A DNA stretch of 64,000 bases from Psammoneis japonica. Taxonomy: Eukaryota. Below are positions 47,926 to 59,510 of the stretch, piece after piece. The notes beneath the pieces are model-generated. The model made no database searches. It was given only the letters and a program-made list of their open reading frames with translations, and had not been told where the DNA came from. Location of the stretch: positions 248,001-312,000 of the forward strand of contig QPGO01000078.1 of NCBI GenBank assembly GCA_008632985.1, written 5' to 3'. Numbering within the stretch: the first letter of the stretch is position 1; each line of letters starts with the position of its first letter. Position numbers and translations under genes: made by a program.

Positions 47926-50005
47926 GCTCTGCTCTGTGATTTCTGATTGTGCGGAGCACAATGATTTTCTTCGTTTCACATGAAACTGCAGCAACCCTCA
48001 TTCAAACTGACTTGCCAGCATGTGAAACATGCTGGCTCAATTCAAAAAAAGGTGACTGAGGCTGCAATGCACCGCAGCAATGACAACGGCATGCCCATGA
48101 TGCAGCTGAAAGCAAGGATGATGAGGACAAGGTGAGCGAATCTGCGCTGAAGTGCCACAGGAGCCCATCAGCACAGCTTTCTTGATTGCAGAGGCATGCT
48201 GGTTTTCGCGGGTTTTTCAAACCATTCGGTCAGACAAAAAAAGAAGAAGAAAGACCAGTGGAGGGTGATGTGGCAGAGCCAAAGCTCACACACATGCACA
48301 GACCCTGGAGTGCTGTGGGCCCTGCAACTGGCTGACCACCAAAAGGCAACAGGCAGGCATCGCGCATGTGCCCTGCATCACAACATGTTGCGTGCCCAAA
48401 TTGAGACCTTCGATCACTCTTTTGAGGGTGGTTGAATCCACGTTGTGGGTTGATCTGATCAACCAAGCTCTTTTGTAAAGTGACATGAGATGTGAGTGAG
48501 TGAACTTTGACAAAGAGACAGCGCCATTCTTGCTCTCGTTGGCATGTGCACATTGCACCTCGCTTTACATGTTGTGTTGTTCTGTTGCACTCAATTGACT
48601 CCTCGTTTGGCATTCTCTGTGATTCTCCCCAATTTTCTAGAAAGGAACTCAAATTGTTCAAGAGCCCTCTCTGGATCGCTCTCCACTCTTGCTGGAGTGG
48701 CTGTGGCAGCCAGCTGGAGACTGCACTCCCAACTTGGCAGGTCTGCAAGGCTGCCACTGCCAGCAGAGAGCAGACTGCACAGCAGAGTGAAACGAAAGGA
48801 AGGACAACGGTTGATGGACAGAGCCTCATTCTGGTTTTTTTTGCTTTTTTTCTCCAGCTGGCTGCTGGAGCTAGAGAGCAGAGAGTGCTGCGAATTGCCA
48901 AACAATTGCGTGATTTGCGTGCCCGAAGCTCGAATGTCGCTGCCTGAAGCAACATTCACCATTCGCGCTGCAAATCATGTAGAACAATGTAGAAAACACA
49001 CTGGAACTCCCCTGTCAAAGCCAAATCTTTTTCTTGCAGTCGCCGTCACATCCACCATGAGTGGATCTGCAACGTGCTTGCCGCAGAAGCACTGAGGACA
49101 CTGACATTGCTGCCAGCGGTGATGCAATGCCAGCAGATGTTGAGAGAAACATTGCCATGGGAATGCCAGAGCCAGTGCGCCATCAAATCATCGAGCAACT
49201 GCAGAAGCCAAACTGCTGCGGCAACACCAAAAACATGAAGCAGACTCTCAAGGATGCCTTTTGCAGCACAAAGATCAAAAGGCTTTTCTTGACAGAACAT
49301 GTCAGAAGAAGATGAGGTGCTGGCATCGCTGTCTGTGACAAAGATTTTTGGCAAGTTCTGACAGGAACAACTTTGTGCAATTTGACCCGCTGCAAAATTG
49401 AATCATGTTGCTCACATCATTTCTTTTCATTTGGAAATTGAACAATGAGCAGCTGTGCTGACTCACAGGATGAAGGCACCACCATCATCAAAATGGGGCT
49501 CTGGAAGAATTGTGGTTGGCTGGCATTGAAGATCTTGATGAGACGGAGGAGAAGAGCACGATGCAACAATTTTTGGATTGGTGCTCTCCAAGGGCACTGG
49601 CTCGTTTGCACCTCTCATTGTGGTTCCTTCATGACATGATGCGCGTCAAGTGGGACACTGTGATGCTGAAACCCACTCCATGTGCTCTCTCATCTGCCCC
49701 ATGTGTGTGCTGGGTGCTGAAAAAGAAGATGTGTCACGACTTTGTCGCTGTGAAAATTGTGAGCCAGTTTAGAGCAGAGAAAATGGGATCGTGCGAATGG
49801 GGAATCTTGCCAAATCCCTGTTCGTTCGCATTTGGATCGCATCAAATCGATTGTGCACTCGCATCATGGATCGTGCGAATCAAGCCATCACGCGCCATGC
49901 ACAAGTGATGTCATCGTGTGGAATCACGCTGCCATCGTGGGCCAGACGACGGGCTGGTGTGCTTCACACGGATGCTCTCTTAGCATCCTTCTGGAATTGC
50001 CCAAG

Positions 50006-53000
50006 TGCAGCATGCGACTGTTGTGTGCACAATTGTGATCACACATTGTTTGTGTGTCAATCGCAACACAGTCGTGGATGCGCACAAAGGACAGAACGAT
50101 CACACAGAGTTGATCGGATGTCGAGAATTGCAAACACGATCGATTGACGATGTTGACATCTTGCGTGTCAATGGCAATCGCATCCGGACAATCTGTTGTC
50201 ATGAACACATTCTCCGAAAGGCCTTTTGTCTGTAGAAGCAGTGCAGAAACTTTGGGCCATTGAGAACTCGTTCGGAGAAACCAAAAATCACAGAGTGAAA
50301 TTCAATCTCACAATTTTTCACTTTTTGAACTTCGTTCTACTTTCGTTTGCACTCGTTCTTCGAGCATGGTGCATTGTGTGTGCACACCACAGAAGGTAAA
50401 AAGCAAGGAAAATGAAAATTTCAACTAATGTGCCTTTGCAAATTCTTCTGCAAACAGGAACGAATTGCATCCAGCGTTGTAAAATCGCCAACTTGATTGC
50501 AATCTTGTTTGCAATTCGATTGCGGATCGCGATCGAAACGATTGCAATCTGCTGGTTGTTTGTCTGGCGCTGGTCACAAAGATCGCAATCGTGTTCGCGA
50601 TCGATCGCGATCGATTCGTGTCTAAAATTTAGTCGTGAATCGGGATTTTCATCGCACACGGGACTAAAAATTGACCGAAACGTGGCACACATTCACGAAA
50701 AATGCGTTCTTGCGCAGAGGGCGCCCCTGCGTGGGGCGCGCAAATTCCGCGCGGTGGCCAATCGCGATCGCGATTGCAATCGATTGTCACACGTGGCAAG
50801 CGCACGCGCATTGCGATCTTTCGATTGCTGCGAAGCCGCACGCAATCGATGGTTGCAATCCGTGATTGTTGGGAGAAAGTCAACGATTTTATAACGCTGA
50901 TCGCATCAGTTCTGCTGGAATCGATTTCCGAGCGGAAGAAGCTCAAGCCGAGCAGTGCCTCAAGATGGAACGCTGTTTTTCATCTGCCAAACAAGAGGAT
51001 TCGCTCCAATGTGGTCCATTCCAAGCACCCAAGGATCAAGGGCTCTCAAGCACACCGCATTGTCAAAAAATCCCACACCAAGTCATGGTTGCAGAGAATG
51101 CAAGTTCCGAGTCGATCAGATCCGAGAAATGCGTCTGCCATGCAAGGAGAGACTGTTGGAGAGTTTTTTGAGACCGAGTTGATGATCCTCGAGTCCAAGG
51201 AGCAAGAGGGAATCGTTGGAAAGCACCTCAAGCGTCTCACAACTCATGTCCTCCGAGGAAATGCACTTCAGAATCAGGGAAATTATTTTCGAGACGACCT
51301 GAAGAAACCAGAGCCGCTCAACAGCAAGAAAGCCTCTGACAGACCCAAGAGGTCAACGATGAGAGTCTGTGTGACCCTCAGATGGATTCTAAGTCGAATC
51401 TAGCGGGAAACCGAGCGCTGATTTATCAGCTGTCACTCGCACCGCAAGGATGGCAGCATCAGCCTGCTGTCCAAAATGTTGAACTGCTGGATCACACCCT
51501 TGACAAGCTGATTGAGGTTTGAGTCGTCCAGAGGTCGGCAAGGACGTCTGTGACAAAAAAACATGTCAATTCGGGCTCTGACAGTGCAGTTGATTCCACA
51601 ATCAAAAAGGCCCCAATTTTGGTTCCAAAAATGGTCTCCCACATGGTGCCGCCACAATCCAAAGTGAACAAAAGGTCCAATCTTTGAAAGAAGAATGCCT
51701 GCATCACGGATTAAAGCCATTCTGAAAATGAACCAGTGAAAGAACGCCGTGGACACATTGAGCAATGATCCGAAACGGTGCCGTTCTAATGGCAATCGCA
51801 CGTGGAGTCGCGACAACGAAAATGCCGCTCGCAAAAAAAGAGATGAACGTCATGATTGATCAGGCGGTTCAAAAAACACTCAAAGCGAGTTCCTCGAACA
51901 AAGAAAAAGAGCACAAGGGCAAAGAATCAGATTCTGACACCCTCAGTGAAGAAAAACACCAATTTGATCGGATGATCCAGACTGAATCCGAAGAATGGTT
52001 TGGGTCCATTCACGAATTGTTTGCTCTGCTGGATGTTAGGAAGCCTGGAAAAAAGGCAGAAATAATTCACACTAGTCCAGGAGTCATCATTTATATGAAC
52101 ACTTCCTTGGGAAAGGAGAGAAAAAAGCACCCATGTGTTCTCTCGATAAAGAACATCGTCAGCCCATGATTTTGCGCAAAATCGTGCGAAAGTTGAGAAC
52201 CAAAATATCCGCCACCAAAAAACTTGGGAAACCAAGGGTGAGCTCTTTACGACTGACAGTAGAAACCGAATTCAGTTCTCACTATGTAAATTTAAGACGC
52301 ACTGATGTTCAAACAGCATGTGTCGATAACACGAAATCTTCTTCAAGGTTGAGTAATATGATCATGGGACGCGACTTAATGTCCAGTCTTGTAATCATAT
52401 TAGACTACGGAAATGAAGAAGTCAAATGGGAAGAAGCAATTACCCTATGAAGAATGTTCATACACTCTTCGATGCCGATGTTTTCAAGCTGAAAACCGAT
52501 CACATTGAAAAATATGACGCCGTGAATAGAGTTAATAACGGAACCAATGGTCCTCGACTCACATTATCACGCCATCGATCCTAATCAAGTGACAACTACG
52601 GCGATGCATCTAACCCAAATGAACACAACCAACTCAATCTTCTTCTTAAGAGGTTGAAATCTTTTTGAAAAGTTCCTCAGACGAATGTATGGGAAGAACC
52701 AGTGGATCTCATCGTGGAAAATCTGACGCGATTCCACGACGCGTGAGAACCTTCTCCTATCATAGTCTTTGGAGGCGTCCAATCAAAAGGAATTTGACCT
52801 ATTATGAAAGATTGAAGTCTAAAAAAATGAAATTACTCTGAATCAGTCGCTCTGAGACTCATTGTCTAAAGAAAACAGGTCGAGTTTGACCTTATCCGAC
52901 ACTCAGAAGCTTGGTAAAAGGTTCATACACGTGGTGTATCCTTTATCTAATATTCAGGAAATACCATTAAAGTAAGAACGTTTCATATATGTAATCTAAT

Positions 53001-55118
53001 TGATTCAAACATGGAATGCCACCATGTCAAATAAAAAAAGGCACACGTCGTGCTCACACGAAAATCATGCCGTGGGGAAAAATGAGTACTATAGACTTCC
53101 AACGAGAGGCTATAGAGCCCCAGATATTTTTATACAACACATGAGCGAACTCATGGCAGGTTTGAAGTTGTCAGAACGACTATAAATGATCGTTTATGCC
53201 TGACAAAAAGTGACTTCAAAATATCACCTGTACAAGTGACAGCTTAATACGGCATTTAAACGACTAGAACAGTCGCTTAGAAGGTTAACAACAAAAGTCC
53301 TTCACTATTTAACTTGAAATAAACTATCAAGACTTCCATACGTAACGATATGCATTCGATTACAAAGAAAATGGAGGCGATTCAAGCAATCGCAACATGA
53401 GAAAAACGTAAAGAACACTACGACATCTCGTCGTTATACGTTACTACTATCGAGACATGTAGTCTCAACGATCTCCTGTACAATACTAGCCAGATTCACC
53501 TCAACAAAGGTCAAACGGCAAAAGTACAAGTACGGAACGAAAAGTCTCCGAAAATATGGAGCGTATCAAATCAAAAACTATATTGTTATCATACACGTAT
53601 TTCAATATTATACGTTACAACGGAAAAAAGAACTTATGTCCATAGTGAAAACACTTATAAACTTCCGAAATATACTGTTTGGCCAACAGATTTATATATA
53701 TACGGATCATAAGACACAACGGACAAAGTCATACGTTGGCGACTTACAATAGAAAACTTCAGTCCCGCATTAAAATACAACGAGGGCAAGGCGAACATCG
53801 TCGCGATAGACGCGATCAGCCGACTTACTATAGAAAATTGAATCCTACGACAATGTCCTACCGTTAAAACGGGATAAAGATATTTCCCTCCAAATTGTCG
53901 GACGCGACATATCATACGAACACTTTTCGTGGAGGCGAGCGAGATCGAAAAATGCTCATATCATAAGGATAAAATCGCCTTTTTAAAAGGACGATTTAGG
54001 AAAAAACAGTGACAGATTGGCACACATTATACGCACCCACTTCACACTGGCAAAAGACAATCTCACAACACCCGTGCGGTTGTATTGTACAATGTACGAG
54101 GCAAGACATTAAAGTGCACATCATGTCGACACACGAGATGTGCCAAAGATCTAGAAAAAGAAAAGAAAAATGGACATTTGTCCACCAGTGCACGAAAGCA
54201 GTGCCTTCGGAATGGCAAAATGAGGCCGGCATGTCAAAAAGAAACGTCCAAGTGACGATTAAAATCCAACTGATAGATGGTTGAAGTGCAAAAAAAATCC
54301 ACAATGGACTTCACAACCATCACAGGATTGATTGTCAAGACGAAATGGTCGTGTCCTTGACTGTCGTCAATTGCCACTTAAGAAATGTGGCAGTGCAGCA
54401 GAGCAATGTTTCACATGAAGAAAGCCCGCCAAACTGCACGAAATCCACAAACAAGCAAGTGAACGCCAATTAAGTGCGCACATCAAGCACTGGGCAAAAT
54501 GCTGTGTACAATCGACACCATGAAAGAACAGCAGGACAATTGGTCCGTGTGTCCAAATGAACATGAGACAAACCATGACACTCTCGAAAGACATTTGGAA
54601 AATGAAACGGCCCTGTGCATGCTGGCCTGCAACAACAACAGTCATTGCCAATGGCACAATGCAGTGAACGTGGAGACATCATTGACACTGTCAATGTCCA
54701 TCGAACAATCCACTTGGCAAATGACTCTGATGTGCAATTGGGGAGGCGAGTGCAGCACGCGACTGTTGTGCACATAATTGTGATTGCACGTCATTTGTGT
54801 GTCAATCGCACCACAGTCGTGGATGCGCACAAAGGACAGAACGATCACACAGAGTTGATCGGATGTCGAGAATTGCAAACACGATCGATTGACGATGTTG
54901 ACATCTTGCGTGTCAATGGCAATCGCATCCGGACAATCTGTTGTCACGAATGTGTTCTCCGAAAGGCCTTTTGTCTGTAGAAGCAGTGCAGAAACTTTGG
55001 GCCATTGAGAACTCGTTCGGAGAAACCAAAAATCACAGAGCAAAATTCAATCTCACAATTTTTCACTTTTTGAACTTCGTTCTACTTTCGTTTGCACTCG
55101 TTCTTCGAGCACAGTGCA
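50006..55118 (+). mobile_element. Non-autonomous Gypsy-type LTR element inserted in the 3' LTR of the outer Gypsy
   Basis: 368-bp LTRs 50006-50373 and 54751-55118; 4-bp TSD CAAG; PPT ggggaggcgag; decayed pol traces (MIMGRDLM, EYYRLP..APDIF, YYRDM, YTDHK). Confidence 0.88.
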
Positions 55119-55269
55119 CAAGACCCAGAGCCACGCCCTCCTGTGGTCGTGCTTCCCAGGTGCATGTTAACAACACTGCGTTGCCATGTGCAAGAGGCTT
55201 GTGCACGGTCTCGCCGTGTTGTCCAGCAGCAAGGCATGCTGCACACTCCCCCATGATCAGGGCCGTCAA

Positions 55270-58200
55270 GTGACAGGATGTCTTGCTGGTGACAGGGCAC
55301 AATCTGCTGCAGATTGTGCGCATCCATCAGCGCTCCATTCTGGACATGCAACGTGCCGTTGTCACACACACGGACAACTCTGGCGGGTCCTGCACAGCTG
55401 TCAGAACCGTGTTTAGAGGATTGTTCCTGTTTGACAAGTGCCAATTGCCCTGCGGCACATTGATGCTCCTTGCGTTTCTGATTTTCACACTTGTTGTTTG
55501 GGTGGGTGAGCTTCTGCTTTCTGGTTTCTGTGCACTTCCACTCAGCACGATGGGCAACAGACAAAAACCGCATCGCGTCCGAAGACCAATTGCACGGGAC
55601 TTGCACGCGTGGTCGCATGTGCCGCAGCTCTGATGGCGAAGGCTGCTGCGGAGAGGATGCCACTCCATGGGTCATCTTCGTCCAGTTCCATGTCCTGCAC
55701 TGAAAAGGAATGCACCATGTCACCAAGTGTCTGGTGCACACGTTCCACTGTGGCATTCGCCTGTGGATTCCGTTTGCTTGTGGGTTTCTTCAAAATCCCA
55801 CAGTCATTTTTAATCATCTGGCTAAATTCTGCCATAAATTCTGTCCCACGGTCATGAACCACCTGGGTTGGCCACGGATGTCTGCATGGCCACGTTTGTT
55901 CCACGACATTTGCTGCGACGTCTGCGCGTTTCATAGACACTTCTTTAATCTCGAACCACCCGGTTGCTGGGTCAATCATTGTGACTGCCCACAATTGCAA
56001 AGTGTCCTTTCCGCGTCTTTGAATTTACATGGCCCTGTCACATCTGTGCGTGGAGTCTCCCATGGAATTGTCTCTGCGACCTTTTCTGGCAGCTTCCCAT
56101 GATGCTGCGTTCGGCGTTTTGTCTTCTGGCATCGATTGCACTTGGCGCACGTAGAGTGCACCGTAGACCTCATGCCAGGCCAATGGAAGTGCTGGGCAAC
56201 AGACATTTCCGCACGTGTCTCACCTGGATGACACAGTGTCTCGTGGTGCCATTCAGTTGGCGGAACCTGCAATGACTGTGGTGCTGCGATTTTGTCCTTA
56301 TGACAGATTAACTGTCGTGATGACCCTCCCCCACGATGCGCGCGAATGGAGCAGTCGGACGAGTCCTTGGCTCGTGAGAGCAGGCGCTTGTCCTTTTGTT
56401 GTGCTTTTTGAATGCGCTTGAAGCCAACAGGCAGAGATGTCTCATCTTGCGCGTCTGCATTAAAAGCTTCATGCAAAGGACGACTCATCCGGATTGGCCT
56501 CGGAAGGCAAGCTGGGTGCCAGTCAAAGGCGACTAAGAGCGTCAGCGACTGGGTTGTGGGTGCCCTTGACATGGCGCAATTCGGGGCCGTGTTCCTCGCA
56601 TGTCAACCGCCAGCGCACAACGCACTCGGCATTGAATGCTTTGTGCGCAAGATTTTTATGATCAGCATGTGCAATTGTGCGATGACCAAGGACAATCGTT
56701 CGAAATTCTTTCAACGTCTCCACAATGGCGAGCAATTCTCTCTCCGTTGTTGCACAATTTAATTGTGCACTGTTGAGCTTTCTGCTGCAAAAGGCGACAG
56801 GTTTGTCATTTTGGGATGCAACTGCTCCCAATTGACATTTAGAGGCATCGGCACGCATCTCAAAAGGTTTGTTAAAATCAGGATGTGATGACAAAACATC
56901 ATCCGATGTCACCCGTTTGACGGTTTCGAACGTCTCGTCTTCAACGGACGTCCACTCCCACTTGACAGTCTTGCTTGCAAGTCATGTCAGCGGAGCCAAG
57001 ACTTCAGAATGTCCAATCCACATGTCACGGCAGCAGTTCACCATGCCAACAAATGAGCGCAGGTTGCGTTTGTTGGTTGGGGTCGCGATTCGCTTGATGG
57101 CATCGACTTCATTGGGTGTTGGTCGCATTCCGTCTCTGTTGACCAGATGACCCAAGCACTCTAATTGGGTTTGACAGAAGTGAGATTTAGTTGTGTTGAC
57201 TTTTGGTCCTGCTTTCTGGACCCTCAACAAAACTTCTTCAAGTTTGTTGAGGTGATCTTCACAGGTGCCTTTCGTCACGACGAGAAGGTCATCTGAGTGT
57301 GTTCGAGCGAACGACAAATCTTCAAATGAGCCTGACATGCGTTCTTGGAAAATGTCTGGCGAGTTGCACAATCCCATGGGCAATGCCTGCATCTCATGCT
57401 TGCCCCACGGGAAGATGAGCGTGCAGAGCTTCTCACTGTCGGCATCCAATCGGATGTGACAATGGCCCATGTTTAAATCCAGCGATGTGGCCCACGTGAA
57501 GCCTTCGAGCTCAAGCAGCATGTCTTGGACATGAGGAATCGGACAAGGCAATCGCTTGATCCGTTTGTTCAGCTCTCTCAAATCATTGACAAAGCGCGCC
57601 GTTAAATCTTTCTTCAGCACGACAAATGATGGAGCTGCCCGTTGGGATCGGTCAACGCATTTGAGAACACCAATGCGTGCTGGGCGTTCTATTTCTTTAC
57701 GTAGCGTAGCTTCGTACGCACGAGGCACTTTATACGGACGAGCGTGGTGTGGTTCTACACCCTCCTTGAGTTGGATGTGGTAGGGTTCTCCCTTCCATTC
57801 TCCTAATGTCCCATCAAATAAGGACTCATGGCGTTTCAACAGTGCCAAAAGGTCGTTTTATGTGACCTATAGAAAGTCCTATTGCCCCTCGCGTTATGTC
57901 CTCGAGGCAGGCCGGCGCGCACTTAGCGTCTAAAATACGCGAAATCCGGTCGGTTTCCGAAGATAAGGCTTCTGGATCTTGAAGATAGAAGGAGGTTTCT
58001 ACCGTAGCATCTACGTGCCTCATTGGTACTTCTCCATTGACTAATGGCCACTCTATCATCTGTTTAGAGAAGACAATATCAATGCCGTGTGTCTCCAGAA
58101 TGTCACGTCCAATAATCATACAGTGTCGTACTTGCCCAACTTTCCGTTGTGTACGTGGACGGCATGTTTAAGTTCTGCAGTTTCGGATAATTCTGGCAAC

Positions 58201-58400
58201 CGAAATTTAACGGTACAGTCGTTAGACGTACTGAACGAGCCTGCTACCGTAGTCCAGTTTGTCTCAGCCGTTGAATGGCTTCGCAGACGTTTACAGTGTC
58301 GACTGTCGAGTTGAGCACTGCTGGCGCCACCATCTGGTAGTGCCTTAATGGTTTGAGTCTTGCCCTTGCCATGTTTAGCATTCACAGCTATAAACAAGAT
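55270..58400 (-). pseudogene. Gypsy pol (protease, RT, RNase H, integrase)
   Basis: ALPDGGAS/IIGRDIL protease; SLDLNMGH, LPMGLCNSPDIFQ and RTHSDDLL RT; ADASKCQLG and TERELLAIVE RNase H; TMIDPATGWFE, HDRGTEF and NPQANATVERVH integrase. Confidence 0.9.
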
Positions 58401-58529
58401 TGGAGCAAGATGAGTCTTTTTAACTCGTTTGCGGGATTGGCCTACAACACGTGTACGATGGCAATTCAGTTGTTCATTTGCACATTCATCTGATGTGTCA
58501 AAACTGCCTGCATCGTGTCGGCCCCCTTC

Positions 58530-59510
58530 TCAGGCGTCCGAATCTTCGGAGTCACTTAAGTTGAGGTCGCAGAAGTGATTGGGCTCCTCCTCACGTGCCT
58601 TGCGCTTTTTCTGAGCGTTGGCAAAGAACTCCTCGACCTTCGATCCGATGAGAGCATTGATGTCTTCCTCATTCCGAGGTTTTGTGTTGGGCTTGCTGCC
58701 TCCGTTGTTGGAATGTCCAGTCTTGACACGTTTCACGTGGTGCTTGAGCTGATGGCAATCCTCCGCATGATGTCCACAGTTGGTCCCGTGTGGCATGCAC
58801 GACTTCTGGGTGTTCCGTTGGGTCGTGATCAACGACTCAGGATTGTCCGTTCTACGTCCCCACTTGCGTGGAACCTCAGCATGTTGGTCCTGGTTACCTT
58901 CGGCAAGCTCGACCTGCTCGATGCGCTCGCAGAACTGTGTGAATTCGGCGACAGCATGCGCCAACGGGTCAAAATTCTGTAGCGTCATGAACTTCTGCCA
59001 TGCGTTCGGCACACCGTGCTCGAACACATCGCATGGTTCGTCATTGGGCAATGGTGCCGGTGCTTCTCCATCCTCCATCACGGGTGGAAACTGAGAGACA
59101 CAGCTGTTAATTTCAACAGCCCTCGCGACGCAGTCACGAGTGGAAACCTCTGCGGGCTTGCGCATGAAGCGCCTCAGACAACGCTTCTGCAATGGCGCCA
59201 CCCTGTGTGGGAAGATGCTTTCCTTTAGCTTCGCGATGCATGCTGCATGCGTGGCGTTGGTTTGGGATGCCTGCTTGTCATCGCCCTGCAGCAGGTCACG
59301 CATGAGGGCAAATTTTGCTGGCCCAGTCGTGATGTTTTGTCCTTCGTGCACGCGATCCACGTTGTGCAGAAAGATTGGGAGTGTCTCGCATGTAGCCGCA
59401 GAAAGGTGCGGAGTGCCCATCTCGTGCGTTGGACCATCCGGATCAGCGGGGTTGTCATGCAGCTTTAACGTCTGGCACTCGCCTTGCTGCAGCTCTTTTT
59501 CTCCGGCCAT
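58530..59510 (-). pseudogene. Gypsy gag
   Basis: QKRCLRRFMRKP, FEHGVPNAWQ and CMPHGTNCGHHAEDC zinc knuckle; lies between the 5' LTR and pol; contains no Tyr. Confidence 0.75.

Noticed and set aside
55542..59510. Alternative genetic code explaining His/Cys at Tyr positions
   Set aside because: Neighbouring host genes translate normally with Tyr, and non-coding LTRs and TIRs show the same change.
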